This document shows, in pieces, positions 28,879-39,482 of a stretch of DNA of 64,000 nt; position 1 is the first letter of the stretch, and every line of letters begins with the position of its first letter. Source of the stretch: SAR202 cluster bacterium AC-409-J13_OGT_754m. Its GTDB lineage: Bacteria; Chloroflexota; Dehalococcoidia; Lucifugimonadales; GCA-2712585. The stretch covers positions 97,470-161,469 of the forward strand of contig VEXD01000001.1 of NCBI GenBank assembly GCA_009391235.1. Reading direction: 5' to 3'. Under the pieces are notes generated by a model. The model made no database searches. It was not told the DNA's origin and worked only from the letters and a program-made list of their open reading frames with translations. The position numbers were made by a program, and so were the translations under genes.

Positions 28879-30336
28879 ATGGCCACTACTAACGAAGACC
28901 TAAAAACAATAGCCTCCCAACAATACCAATACGGTTGGGTCACTGACGTCGAATCTGAAGAAGCTCCCAAAGGTCTTACTGAGGACACTATACGGTGGAT
29001 ATCATCCAAGAAAAACGAACCCCAATTCATGTTGGACTGGCGACTCAAAGCTTTCCGCCATTGGGGAAAATTGGTTGGTAAATCAGAAAGCCCAACATGG
29101 GCAAATATTTCTCATCCTCCAATAGATTACCAAAATATAATATATTACTCGGCTCCAAAGCCTAAGAAAAAACTAGACAGCTTGGATGAAGTAGATCCTG
29201 AATTATTAAGCGCATACGAAAAATTAGGTATACCCCTAGATGAGCAAAAACGACTTGCTGGGGTCGCAGTTGATGCAATATTTGATAGTGTGTCGATAGC
29301 CACAACATTTCAGGAAGAATTGTCGAAACACGGAATCATTTTCTGCTCCTTCTCGGACGCTTTGCAAAACTATCCCGAGTTGATAAAAAAATATCTCGGC
29401 TCAGTGGTTCCTTATACTGATAACTTTTATGCTTGCCTGAATGCAGCAGTGTTTTCCGATGGTTCATTTTGCTATGTGCCCAAGGGAGTCAGATGCCCAC
29501 TAGAGCTAACCACATATTTTCGAATCAACAGCGCGAATACAGGGCAATTTGAACGCACTCTGATAATCGCTGACGAAGGCAGTTATGTTAGCTATCTTGA
29601 GGGATGTAGTGCCCCAATTAGAGACGAAAATCAGCTCCATGCAGCCGTGGTCGAGCTGATAACTCTCGATAATGCAGAAATCAAGTATTCCACTATCCAA
29701 AATTGGTACCCCGGAGACCAAAACGGTAAAGGTGGAATATATAACTTTGTTACAAAAAGAGGAAAATGCCAAGGTAAAGATTCTAAAATATCGTGGACTC
29801 AAGTCGAGACCGGTTCAGCTATTACATGGAAATATCCAAGTGTTATCCTATTAGGTGATAACTCTATAGGTGAATTCTATTCCGTAGCTCTGACAAAAGG
29901 TTATCAACAGGCTGATACCGGTACCAAAATGATACATATTGGTAAAAACACTAAGAGCAAAATAATTTCGAAAGGCATCTCATCCGGCCATGGTAATAAC
30001 ACTTACCGAGGCCTTGTTAGAATCATGCCTAAAGCTGATGACGCGCATAATTTTACTCAATGCGATTCCCTTCTTATTGGTAGTAGTTGCGGAGCTCATA
30101 CTGCACCCTACGTCGAGGTTCAAAACAAAAGTGCCCATCTTGAACATGAAGCTTTCACATCTAAAGTAGACGAAGACAAATTATTCTACTGTAATCAACG
30201 AGGAATGTCCGGTGAAGAAGCGCAATCATTAATAATTAACGGATTCTGCAAAGAAGTTTTTAGAGAATTGCCATTCGAATTTGCAGTTGAAGCTACTAGA
30301 TTAATGGATCTTAACTTAGAAGGGTCAGTAGGATAG
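28879..30336 (+). CDS. sufB: Fe-S cluster assembly protein SufB
   Basis: 485 aa of canonical SufB sequence (YGW...; [20 protein letters not shown]). First gene of sufBCDSU. Confidence 0.95.
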   Translation: MATTNEDLKTIASQQYQYGWVTDVESEEAPKGLTEDTIRWISSKKNEPQFMLDWRLKAFRHWGKLVGKSESPTWANISHPPIDYQNIIYYSAPKPKKKLDSLDEVDPELLSAYEKLGIPLDEQKRLAGVAVDAIFDSVSIATTFQEELSKHGIIFCSFSDALQNYPELIKKYLGSVVPYTDNFYACLNAAVFSDGSFCYVPKGVRCPLELTTYFRINSANTGQFERTLIIADEGSYVSYLEGCSAPIRDENQLHAAVVELITLDNAEIKYSTIQNWYPGDQNGKGGIYNFVTKRGKCQGKDSKISWTQVETGSAITWKYPSVILLGDNSIGEFYSVALTKGYQQADTGTKMIHIGKNTKSKIISKGISSGHGNNTYRGLVRIMPKADDAHNFTQCDSLLIGSSCGAHTAPYVEVQNKSAHLEHEAFTSKVDEDKLFYCNQRGMSGEEAQSLIINGFCKEVFRELPFEFAVEATRLMDLNLEGSVG

Positions 30337-30340
30337 CACC

Positions 30341-31126
30341 GTGCTTGAAATAAAAAATTTAAATGTGTCTACAGACAATACACATATCCTCAAGGGAATT
30401 TCTCTAAAAGTATCCGCAGGAGAAATTCATGCAATTATGGGTCCAAACGGTTCAGGGAAAAGCTCTCTGGCCTTTTCCCTAGCTGGCAAACCGGGTTATA
30501 ACGTTACATCGGGAGAAATTATTTTTGACAAAACCAATATTACCTCTATGGAACCGGAAGGCAGAGCTAGAGCAGGAATATTCCTCTCCTTCCAACACCC
30601 AGTAGAAGTTCCTGGAGTTAGATTAGATCAATTCCTTAGAGCTAGTTTCAATGCCATAAACAAGAGTCGCGAAATGGACCAGCTAGACCCCTTACAATTT
30701 GATAAAAAGCTTAAAGAAAGACTTAAAGTTGTAGATATGGACCCTGCGCTAACCAAACGTTTTGTGAATACTGGTTTTTCTGGTGGCGAAAAAAAACGTA
30801 ACGAAATCTTACAGATGGCCATACTGCAACCTCAATTGGCTGTCCTAGATGAACCAGACTCGGGGCTAGACGTGGACGCCCTGAAATCTGTTGCCGATGC
30901 AATCAACAAACTAAGACACTCTTCAAACGCCATAATCATAATAACTCACTACCAAAGAATATTGGAATACGTAGTTCCAGACGCAGTCCATATTTTAATG
31001 GACGGACGCATAGTGAAATCAGGAAACAAAGATCTAGCTAGGGAAGTTGAATCTCAAGGTTATGAACAATTCGCAAATTATTTATCTAATCAATCACATC
31101 TTACTGAGAAGGAATCCCGTCAGTGA
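30341..31126 (+). CDS. sufC: Fe-S cluster assembly ATPase SufC
   Basis: GPNGSGKSS, FSGGEKKR, LAVLDEPDSGLD. GTG start. Confidence 0.95.
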   Translation: MLEIKNLNVSTDNTHILKGISLKVSAGEIHAIMGPNGSGKSSLAFSLAGKPGYNVTSGEIIFDKTNITSMEPEGRARAGIFLSFQHPVEVPGVRLDQFLRASFNAINKSREMDQLDPLQFDKKLKERLKVVDMDPALTKRFVNTGFSGGEKKRNEILQMAILQPQLAVLDEPDSGLDVDALKSVADAINKLRHSSNAIIIITHYQRILEYVVPDAVHILMDGRIVKSGNKDLAREVESQGYEQFANYLSNQSHLTEKESRQ

Positions 31127-32466
31127 TCCAAGTAGAACAAACCAATATAGAAAATTATTTATCAGCTTTCAAAATCTTTGAGCAAGCAGAATCCAGCACA
31201 TCCTCAAATTGGATGATCAATTTAAGAAGGAATGCTATAGCGCAGTTCGAAAACTCGGGGTTTCCTACTGCTAGACGTGGCAATGAAGAATGGAAATATA
31301 CGGATGTTAGTCCTATAGCCAAAGGCTCATTTAAAATCCTACATAACAAAAGTCATAATGCTAACCAATTGCCAGACACAAAATACCAACAACTCGAAGG
31401 TTCTGCTTGCCACAATTTAGTTTTCGTGGATGGTTTTCTTGATGAAAATCTGACGAACATTTCCAGCCTTCCTAAAGAAGTCCTAGTATGTAATTTATCA
31501 GATGCAGTAAGCATTGAGCCAACATTTACACAACGCCATCTAGCAAAATATGCTGACTTCTTACACCATCCATTTACGGCTCTTAATACAGCCTTTATGG
31601 CACAAGGAGCCTTTATCTGGGTACCACCAAATATATCGATAGACAAACCGCTACAAGTTCTGTTTATTTCAAGTTCATCTAATTCGAATTTAATAACCAA
31701 TCCAAGAATATTAGCTCTAACAGGAGAAAATAGTAAATTTACTCTTATTGAAAACCACTCTGCGGTAAACGAAAATTCGTATTTAGCTAATGTAGTTTCA
31801 GAAATCGTGCTGGGCACAAACTCAAACGTTCAATACTATCGTATACAACAGGAAAGCAAAAAAGCTTTCCATATTAGTACAACCCATGTGGAATTGGGCA
31901 AAGGTAGTAGATTCTTTTCCATGAACCTAGATCTAGGAGGAGAAATTGTTCGCAACAATTTGAATGTTGTAACTGAAGGAGAAGATTCTTCTTGTTCAGT
32001 CAACGGGATTTATATCACGACCGCTTCCCAACACATCGACAACAAGGTTGTGATTAACCATAACAGCTCATACACCACTAGCCGAGAACTTTACAAAGGC
32101 ATACTGAGTGGAAAGTCCAAGGCAATATTTCACGGCAGCATAGTAGTTCGAGAAGGTCTTAGGCAGATTGACGCCTTGCAAATAGACAAGAATCTATTGT
32201 TATCAGACCAAGCTCAAGCAAATACCAAACCGGCTTTTTGGATATATTCCGACGATGTCAAATGTGGCCACGGTGCAGCAAGTGGGCAAATAGACCGGAA
32301 TGCTATTTTTTATTTAACGAGTCGAGGTATCAGTGAGAGTGACGCACGAAACCTTTTAGTTAAAGGTTTCGTGCAGGAAGTTATAGAATCTATACCTAAT
32401 AAATTCTATAAGGACAAAATGGACAACATGGTGAATGCGAGCTTATTGGATGTTCTGGGAATTTAA
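31123..32466 (+). CDS. sufD: Fe-S cluster assembly protein SufD
   Basis: 447-aa SufB/SufD-family beta-helix protein. Its GTG start overlaps the sufC stop as GTGA. Confidence 0.9.
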   Translation: MIQVEQTNIENYLSAFKIFEQAESSTSSNWMINLRRNAIAQFENSGFPTARRGNEEWKYTDVSPIAKGSFKILHNKSHNANQLPDTKYQQLEGSACHNLVFVDGFLDENLTNISSLPKEVLVCNLSDAVSIEPTFTQRHLAKYADFLHHPFTALNTAFMAQGAFIWVPPNISIDKPLQVLFISSSSNSNLITNPRILALTGENSKFTLIENHSAVNENSYLANVVSEIVLGTNSNVQYYRIQQESKKAFHISTTHVELGKGSRFFSMNLDLGGEIVRNNLNVVTEGEDSSCSVNGIYITTASQHIDNKVVINHNSSYTTSRELYKGILSGKSKAIFHGSIVVREGLRQIDALQIDKNLLLSDQAQANTKPAFWIYSDDVKCGHGAASGQIDRNAIFYLTSRGISESDARNLLVKGFVQEVIESIPNKFYKDKMDNMVNASLLDVLGI

Positions 32467-32494
32467 GATAATCCTATACTAACCAAATATTATT

Positions 32495-33745
32495 ATGTTA
32501 GATATAAAAGCAATCCGCAAAGATTTCCCTATATTATCAAGAACGGTATATGGTAAACCGCTAGTATATTTAGACAACGCTGCTACTTCCCAAAAGCCAT
32601 CCTCAGTTATCGAAACGATTACAAACTATTACCAAAATTACAATTCTAATGTTCATCGCGGTGTTCATGCGCTAAGCATGGAAGCCACCGAACATTATGA
32701 AGCAGCTCGGGAAAAAGTGGCAAACTTTATTGGAGCCCCTGACTCAACTTGTCTTATATTCGTGAGAGGGACTACTGAAGGAATAAATTTGGTTGCCTCT
32801 AGTTGGGCAATTCCTAACTTAGGCCCAGGAGATGAGATATTACTATCAGAAATGGAACATCACAGTAATCTCATTCCATGGCAAAGAGTAGCTCAAATTA
32901 CCGGTGCGGTTTTAAAATTTATCCCTGTAACAGAAGAAGGTGTATTAGATCTCGAAAACTTGTCCGCCTTGATCAATAATAGAACCAAATTAGTATCCGT
33001 CACCCACGTATCCAACGTCTTGGGAACCATAAATCCAGTCAAGGAACTTGCACGCAAAGCTCATAATGTAGGAGCCCTAATAATGCTAGATGCGGCACAA
33101 AGTGTGCCACATATGCCCGTTAACGTTCAGGATTTGGAATGCGACTTTCTTGCATTTTCGAGCCATAAAATGTTGGGTCCTACTGGAATAGGAGGTCTTT
33201 ACGTTAGACCTTCTGTATTAAAAACTATGCAACCATTTCAAAGCGGAGGAGAAATGGTTAAAGAAGTTACATTTACATCTGCTTCATGGAATGACCATCC
33301 ATTCCAATTCGAGGCAGGTACCCCTAGCATATCAGCCTCTATTGGCTTGGGTGCTGCTGTAGATTATCTCCAATCAATTGGAATGGATGAAGTCAGAAAC
33401 CATGAGATGGCTATTACTCAATACGCTCTAGAAGAATTAAAACATCTAAGTGAAGATTTTATATTTTATGGACCTAATGACATTTCTATTAGAGGGGGTG
33501 CTATTTCGTTTTACTCGGATCTAGTGCACCCTCATGACTTAGGAACCATTCTAGACCAAGAAGGCATAGCAATCCGCACTGGCCATCACTGTGCGATGCC
33601 TTTAGTAAGGGAACGATTGAAAGTATCAGCAACAGCTAGGGCCAGTTTTTATATATATAACACCGAAAGTGAAGTTGACCAATTAGTAAAAGCCCTTAAA
33701 AAAGCAACAAGGATTTTCACTAATGCTTATAAGAAAAATATATAG
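32495..33745 (+). CDS. sufS: Cysteine desulfurase SufS (group II)
   Basis: PLP-lysine motif SSHKMLGPTGIGGLY and active-site RTGHHCAMPL. Confidence 0.93.
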   Translation: MLDIKAIRKDFPILSRTVYGKPLVYLDNAATSQKPSSVIETITNYYQNYNSNVHRGVHALSMEATEHYEAAREKVANFIGAPDSTCLIFVRGTTEGINLVASSWAIPNLGPGDEILLSEMEHHSNLIPWQRVAQITGAVLKFIPVTEEGVLDLENLSALINNRTKLVSVTHVSNVLGTINPVKELARKAHNVGALIMLDAAQSVPHMPVNVQDLECDFLAFSSHKMLGPTGIGGLYVRPSVLKTMQPFQSGGEMVKEVTFTSASWNDHPFQFEAGTPSISASIGLGAAVDYLQSIGMDEVRNHEMAITQYALEELKHLSEDFIFYGPNDISIRGGAISFYSDLVHPHDLGTILDQEGIAIRTGHHCAMPLVRERLKVSATARASFYIYNTESEVDQLVKALKKATRIFTNAYKKNI

Positions 33746-33753
33746 AACTTCAT

Positions 33754-34248
33754 GTGACTGCTGAACCTATGGATTATTCTTTTGACATAAATTCTCTAGA
33801 CGATCTTTATCAAGAAGTAATATTGGATCACTATCAGCGACCACGCAATAAGGGGGTATTAACTAATCCTGATATTTCGTCTAAGGGATTCAACCCATTC
33901 TGCGGTGACGAAATAATTCTGAGCATTAAGTTAGATTCGAAAGGTAAAACTAAATGTATCTTATTCGATGGGCAAGGGTGCTCAATAAGTCAAGCTTCTG
34001 CCTCCATGTTAACTGAACTTCTATCAAACAAAAATCTCGATGAATTAAAGAGTATTTCGTATTCGTTTAGGGCTATGATGCGTGGTGAAAGTTTATCCTC
34101 AGGTGAAATGTCCCTGATCGAAGGCCTTGAAGTTCTCGAGGGGGTAAGAAAATTCCCAATACGAATCAAATGTGCATTGCTAGCTTGGGCCGCTCTAGAA
34201 GACGGTATAGAAGAATACTCTGTCAAAGTCCTTAAAAAGGAACCTTAG
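33754..34248 (+). CDS. sufU: SufU-type sulfur acceptor/scaffold (IscU-like)
   Basis: LYQEVILDHYQRPRNKG, NPFCGDE, GQGCSISQAS and a C-terminal IKCALLAW give the three conserved Cys of SufU. Confidence 0.88.
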   Translation: MTAEPMDYSFDINSLDDLYQEVILDHYQRPRNKGVLTNPDISSKGFNPFCGDEIILSIKLDSKGKTKCILFDGQGCSISQASASMLTELLSNKNLDELKSISYSFRAMMRGESLSSGEMSLIEGLEVLEGVRKFPIRIKCALLAWAALEDGIEEYSVKVLKKEP

Positions 34249-34255
34249 ATTTTAA

Positions 34256-35929
34256 CTAGGAATCTAATCGAGTATGCATCCAAAAGCCATACTCAGACAA
34301 ATATCCAGTAGGGTAGAATCCTTGGACGCGATTTTGAGTTGCCCATAAATTGCCATTAGTCCCAATACCTACCATATAAGCTTTATCAAGAAGATGAAGT
34401 TGGATCTCCTTGAATGCTAATCCCCTTTCATGAGTCTCTTTAATTCCATTTTGAGTCTCTATTAATTGGTCTAGCACCACGTCAGAATGGCCTATTATGT
34501 TCCATCTGCCAGCACTATGAAGATTGGCAAATAAGTAATTATTGGGACCGTGGGTTATTGGCAACGGACCAAGGAAAGATTGAAATTCTCCTTCCCCCCA
34601 CACTTTCTCTGCATATTGCTCAGGATTCAAGATCACCATTCTTGAATTTAGGCCACTTTGATTCAAATCATTTACAATCGCTTCAGCCATGTCAATATAA
34701 ACATCACCATAATCAGCAATCAAAATATCAAAATCAATAGAACTGGAAGCAGTACTAATCTCGGTATGATTCAATTCAAAAAATGGTTGCAGTTCAGTTG
34801 GTTCCAATAACCATGACACCTCCATTATTGGGATTCCCAAGTTGACCGACCCATATCCATTCCAATGTGATTCCAAATATTTCCATGGCTCTAATGATCC
34901 AAACAAAAGCCTTCTTGCTTTAAGATCATTGAAAGGAGGTTTGCTAGAATTTACGGTAAGAACCAGTCCCTTGCCGCCTTGTTTAGCAAACAAGGTAGTG
35001 TATTCTGAACTCTGGGTAGAAAATTTATCCCACGACGAATGTGGTACGTCATAGATATCTACAGCTCCTGTAACAAAAGCGGCAAACTGAGTGTCGGGAT
35101 CTTGAATCACTCTAAATGATAAATGTTGCAAAAGCGGCAACTCTGGATAGAAATAATTCAGATTTGCTTCAAAGTCAGACCCAACTCCGATCTCAGTTTT
35201 TAGCCATACCCATGGGCCAGTGCCCACAACAGGACTATTATTTAAACCCCCATAAGTTTCAACCACATCTCTTGACACAATCTTGCTATGCCCATCGGCC
35301 ACTGCAAAAAGAAAATCAACATCTGGATACTTAAGATCAAACTGCAAAGTTAAATCCCCATCAGCTACAACTTCGTCCATCGCCCATAATATAGATCCAT
35401 TTGGCCAACCATCGGTCCGTTGACGCTCATAACTATAAACCAAATCATCGGCAACCAAAGACCTAGATTTGAAGGGGTTAACATCATGCCACGCAACATC
35501 TTTCCTAAGTTGGAATCTGTACGTCACTGGGTCTATTATTTCCCAGCTCTTACATAAATCACATTCTAAAATTAGACTAGGTTGCTCAACCGCTGGTCCA
35601 GTTTTTAGTTTTAGCAGACGACTGTATGAGATCCCAGGGCCTCTACTCACAAGAGTTTCAGAAATGCTCTGGTGTATATCACGATTAAAAATGTCAGCTG
35701 ATACAATCGCGGTTATACTTCCTTTAAATAACTCAGGTGGAGAATCTGACACTGGCGTAACTGTCATCACTGGAGTAGCGATAAGATTTGAATTAGCTGC
35801 TTCATTCTTAAGACTTTCTGAGTCTGGCGATACTGTGCAACCATAACCAACTTGAATTACCACTAATAACAAAATTAATCTAATAAAACTTGTCATGAAT
35901 TGATATCTTCTATAATTAGAATAAGTCAT
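34256..35929 (-). CDS. ABC transporter substrate-binding protein, family 5 (peptide/nickel type), lipoprotein
   Basis: Signal peptide with YGC lipobox and SBP_bac_5-like length and sequence. The start may be the Met at 35896. No permease or ATPase gene is adjacent. Confidence 0.7.
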   Translation of the reverse strand: MTYSNYRRYQFMTSFIRLILLLVVIQVGYGCTVSPDSESLKNEAANSNLIATPVMTVTPVSDSPPELFKGSITAIVSADIFNRDIHQSISETLVSRGPGISYSRLLKLKTGPAVEQPSLILECDLCKSWEIIDPVTYRFQLRKDVAWHDVNPFKSRSLVADDLVYSYERQRTDGWPNGSILWAMDEVVADGDLTLQFDLKYPDVDFLFAVADGHSKIVSRDVVETYGGLNNSPVVGTGPWVWLKTEIGVGSDFEANLNYFYPELPLLQHLSFRVIQDPDTQFAAFVTGAVDIYDVPHSSWDKFSTQSSEYTTLFAKQGGKGLVLTVNSSKPPFNDLKARRLLFGSLEPWKYLESHWNGYGSVNLGIPIMEVSWLLEPTELQPFFELNHTEISTASSSIDFDILIADYGDVYIDMAEAIVNDLNQSGLNSRMVILNPEQYAEKVWGEGEFQSFLGPLPITHGPNNYLFANLHSAGRWNIIGHSDVVLDQLIETQNGIKETHERGLAFKEIQLHLLDKAYMVGIGTNGNLWATQNRVQGFYPTGYLSEYGFWMHTRLDS

Positions 35930-35931
35930 CT

Positions 35932-36939
35932 TTAATCATAACCACGGGTATATAAATCGTCTAACTCTGGTTGTTTAAGCCCCTTAATATCACTAAGCCC
36001 GATCAAAGACAGGGACCCCAAAGTAATGAGTATTGGTGGTAAAAACAGCAAAACATGCATTATCAAAGCATAACTAAATGCAATATCCCCTTGTATTCCA
36101 AAGAGCTTCAGTGCATAAACAATAGCAAACTCAAATGTCCCAAGAGCGGCAGGTAAAGATGGAATAGATGTAGCCATATATATAGTGCCAATTATAGCAA
36201 TAGTAGCCATAAACGGAGAAATACCGAGGTTCATTCCAAAAGCTATGACCCAAGCAGCAATTCCTATTAAAATCCAATATACGAAAGTAAGAAAAAATGT
36301 AGAGGCTAAATTACCCTTAGCTCCCGCTAAATCCGATAAGGAAACTGCTGCTGAAGCAATCACAGGAAACTTATTGAAAAAAGATTTGCTGCTTGCCCAA
36401 GAAAATATTCTCACCATGAATAGAGAAACAATTGCTACCAATAACATTCCAAGCCCATAGGGCACAAAATCACCCATATTCGGAACAAGAGCTAATCCCA
36501 CCAAGAGTAGAGTGACGGTAACAACTAGATCAAACAACCTTTCCAATCCCATAGTAACAATAGCCGTACCTCCAGTAACTCTGTACCGCCATCTCAACAA
36601 AGCAAATTGAGTTACCTCACCAAGTAATCTAACCGGAGCTAAACTGCCTACACCGAAACCTATATTTTGCACCAAAAATAGCCGTCCAACTGAAACACGG
36701 TCCTGTATGAATAGCATTTGCCACCTAAAAGCTCTTATAGCACTAGCTCCTAAAACCAACAGCAAGGCCAGAAATACCAATGGAATTGGGAGGTCAAGAG
36801 TTTGATTCCACACGCTAGACCAATTAATATCATTAATCACAATCCAACCAAAAGTCGCACTGCAAAGTGCTCCTATCAACATCTGAGCAGGACCTTTAAA
36901 AAACCAATTCATAATAAATTTTTGAGCTTTTCCAAGCAT
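35932..36939 (-). CDS. UPF0104 / lysylphosphatidylglycerol-synthase-TM-like (flippase-like) membrane protein
   Basis: 335 aa and about 8 hydrophobic helices, with the pattern typical of the LPG_synthase_TM family. Confidence 0.55.
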   Translation of the reverse strand: MLGKAQKFIMNWFFKGPAQMLIGALCSATFGWIVINDINWSSVWNQTLDLPIPLVFLALLLVLGASAIRAFRWQMLFIQDRVSVGRLFLVQNIGFGVGSLAPVRLLGEVTQFALLRWRYRVTGGTAIVTMGLERLFDLVVTVTLLLVGLALVPNMGDFVPYGLGMLLVAIVSLFMVRIFSWASSKSFFNKFPVIASAAVSLSDLAGAKGNLASTFFLTFVYWILIGIAAWVIAFGMNLGISPFMATIAIIGTIYMATSIPSLPAALGTFEFAIVYALKLFGIQGDIAFSYALIMHVLLFLPPILITLGSLSLIGLSDIKGLKQPELDDLYTRGYD

Positions 36940-37015
36940 ATCTTTATCATTTGCGCATAAAATAATCGAATCAATAGTATAATTTAAGAGCTAGGCCAAA
37001 ATATAGAGGAACTTA

Positions 37016-37801
37016 ATGTCACTACTAGTCGATTGCCATACACATATAAATGATTTCCCCCCATTAGAAATACCGAGTGTTATAGAAAGAGCGTACTCAG
37101 AAGGAGTCGGCATAATCATATCTGCTGGAACTACGCTACAGTCATCCCAAGCATGCGTGGAATTATCTCGAGCCCATAATCAGGTTTACTGCGGCGTTGG
37201 ACTCCATCCGATGAATCTAGCTGGACCTATAGATCGCAAAACCTATCATAATCTGGAGAAATTGGTGGTTGAAAATCCTAAAGTGGTATGTATTAGTGAA
37301 ATTGGTCTAGACTTTCTTCCCACGTCACCCAAACACGAATATCAATATCAAGCATTCAAAAATCAAATACAATTAGCAAAGGACCTCAATAAACCCATAA
37401 TCCTTCATTCAAGAGAATCAAACCCAGAAGTGATAGAAATGCTGAGACAAGAAAATGCTAATCAAGTGGGTGGAGTTTTTCACTATTTTCAAGGTGATCT
37501 AAATACAGCCAAGGCTTCTATCGAATTAGGATTCTACATTTCCTTTGCTAAACCATTACTTAGACTACCATGGTTACAAGAAGTAGCTAAAAAAGTGCCC
37601 TTAGAACAGATAGTCGTAGAGACAGATTCTGCTCCACAACCATGGAAAAAATACCGCAAAAACTGGACAGAGCCTTCACATCTTCCGCTAGTAGTAAGTA
37701 AACTTGCAGAACTAAAAGAGATCTCTGTTGAGCAAGTAATCAGCCAAACCACATATAATATTTCAAAATTGCTTAACCTAGATTTGCCAAAATTGCCGTG
37801 A
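37016..37801 (+). CDS. tatD: TatD-family metal-dependent hydrolase/DNase
   Basis: DCHTHI, GLHP, EIGLD, ILHSR, FHYF and ETDSAP motifs in TatD order. Confidence 0.85.
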   Translation: MSLLVDCHTHINDFPPLEIPSVIERAYSEGVGIIISAGTTLQSSQACVELSRAHNQVYCGVGLHPMNLAGPIDRKTYHNLEKLVVENPKVVCISEIGLDFLPTSPKHEYQYQAFKNQIQLAKDLNKPIILHSRESNPEVIEMLRQENANQVGGVFHYFQGDLNTAKASIELGFYISFAKPLLRLPWLQEVAKKVPLEQIVVETDSAPQPWKKYRKNWTEPSHLPLVVSKLAELKEISVEQVISQTTYNISKLLNLDLPKLP

Positions 37802-37821
37802 AGTTTTAGTCTATTGTTACA

Positions 37822-38241
37822 ATGACTTGCACAAATAAGCACTTAATAATATTGCCGCAAAAATTCGCAGAAGAGATAAACAACCACGCAATTGAAGAGT
37901 ATCCTAACGAATGTTGCGGAATACTTGCAGGAACAAACAATCAATTTTTGCAGCTATTTAGAATGACCAATGTGGAAGCAAGCCCCTATAGGTTTAGTTG
38001 GGACCCCAAAGAATTATTCAAAGCTTGGAATACAATGGAAGATAATCAATGGGAACATCGTGCCGTATATCATTCACATACTCACAGCCCAGCATATCCA
38101 TCAGATACCGACGTACGTCTAGCAGGGTGGCCAGATGCCTTTTATCTAATTATTTCACTCTCTGATAAAGAAAATCCGATAATGCGAATATTCCAAATCA
38201 TTGACGGAATAATAAGCGAAAATAGAATGATTACCCAATAG
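37822..38241 (+). CDS. JAMM/MPN+ (Mov34) metalloprotease-family protein
   Basis: ECCGILAG (conserved Glu) and HSHTHSPAYPSDTD match the JAMM motif HxH-x7-S-xx-D. Confidence 0.8.
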   Translation: MTCTNKHLIILPQKFAEEINNHAIEEYPNECCGILAGTNNQFLQLFRMTNVEASPYRFSWDPKELFKAWNTMEDNQWEHRAVYHSHTHSPAYPSDTDVRLAGWPDAFYLIISLSDKENPIMRIFQIIDGIISENRMITQ

Positions 38242-38248
38242 GAGTATC

Positions 38249-38347
38249 ATGCGTTGTTTCTCAAATCCAAAAGTCCTTACAATAGTAGAAAGTCCCCCAT
38301 TTGGTTTATATCTGAGTTGTGGGTATCATTATTCAATAGATCACTAA
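38249..38347 (+). CDS. Hypothetical 32-aa small ORF (MRCFSNPKVLTIVESPPFGLYLSCGYHYSIDH)
   Basis: AGGAG lies 4 nt upstream of the ATG. The ORF fills the JAMM-xdhC gap exactly and stops 1 nt before the xdhC-like ATG, which has no SD sequence of its own. Confidence 0.3.
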   Translation: MRCFSNPKVLTIVESPPFGLYLSCGYHYSIDH

Positions 38348-38348
38348 T

Positions 38349-39482
38349 ATGAAAAACGTCATCCAAGAAATTGTAAAGTTAATTGAAAGCAAAGAACCAT
38401 GTGTATTGGTTAGCGTGGTCCGAACGAAAGGATCGACCCCACAGAAATCCGGGGCAAAGTTGCTAGTCAAAAAAGACGGAAGCGGAACAGGAACTCTAGG
38501 TGGAGGATGTGTAGAGGGAGATCTTTGGTTTGCAGCACAAGAGATTCTCAGACACAAACGCGGTCCTGAGTTTAAAGATTATTATCTCAATGAAGATATT
38601 GCGGCAAGAGATGGTTTAGTTTGCGGTGGTACGATGTATTTCTTCATCGAACCCATAATGAACGACTCCGAATTCATTCACTTTGGGAAAGAAATTTTAA
38701 CGGCTTATAACGGAGGTCCTCCAGTAGGAATTGCGACGATCATAAGGTCTAGTTATCACCAACATATTGGAAACAGGGTGATGTTGCGAGATGATGGAAC
38801 AGTCGTTGGTTCATTAGGATCACAACCAATGGACAAATTGGCTATAGAATCTATAAAGAAAATAATGGACTTAGGCAACAATACACACGTGATGGTTGAT
38901 GATAATACAGAAATATTTGTTGAAGGATTCACAACTCCCCCTACTTTGATAATCATGGGAGGTGGGCATGTAGGAAAAGCTACTTACGATTTAGCGAATA
39001 CTCTAGGATTCCGCACATATATAGTGGACGATCGGGCTGAATTCGCAAACAAAACCCGATTTCCAATGGCTGAAGCAACTATAGTGTCTGATTTTTCTAA
39101 CGGTCTTAATGAAATACCAATTAACATCAATACATACATAGTAATCGCTACAAGAGGGCATCAACAGGATGATATTGCATTGGAATCCGCTATAAATACG
39201 GAAGCCATCTACCTTGGCCTTATGGGCAGCAAACGTAAGACCATATTAATTTATAAGCGATTACTCAATAAGGGGTATTCTTCAGAAAAACTTCGGACAA
39301 TTCATGCTCCTATAGGTCTTGATTTGGGAGCTATAACACCAGAAGAAATTGCTGTAAGTATAGTTTCAGAGATCATAATGGTCCGAAGGGGTGGGTTAGG
39401 AAAATCCATGCAAATGAATTATCAAGGATTTCAGAAAACCATAGAAAGATCTGCTGTGAATCAATGGATAACATCGCAGTAA
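38349..39482 (+). CDS. XdhC/CoxI-family molybdenum-hydroxylase accessory protein
   Basis: N-terminal XdhC_CoxI-like region (CVLVSVVRTKGSTPQKSGAKLLV, GGGCVE) and a C-terminal Rossmann-like XdhC_C region (LIIMGGGHVGKA). Confidence 0.8.
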   Translation: MKNVIQEIVKLIESKEPCVLVSVVRTKGSTPQKSGAKLLVKKDGSGTGTLGGGCVEGDLWFAAQEILRHKRGPEFKDYYLNEDIAARDGLVCGGTMYFFIEPIMNDSEFIHFGKEILTAYNGGPPVGIATIIRSSYHQHIGNRVMLRDDGTVVGSLGSQPMDKLAIESIKKIMDLGNNTHVMVDDNTEIFVEGFTTPPTLIIMGGGHVGKATYDLANTLGFRTYIVDDRAEFANKTRFPMAEATIVSDFSNGLNEIPININTYIVIATRGHQQDDIALESAINTEAIYLGLMGSKRKTILIYKRLLNKGYSSEKLRTIHAPIGLDLGAITPEEIAVSIVSEIIMVRRGGLGKSMQMNYQGFQKTIERSAVNQWITSQ

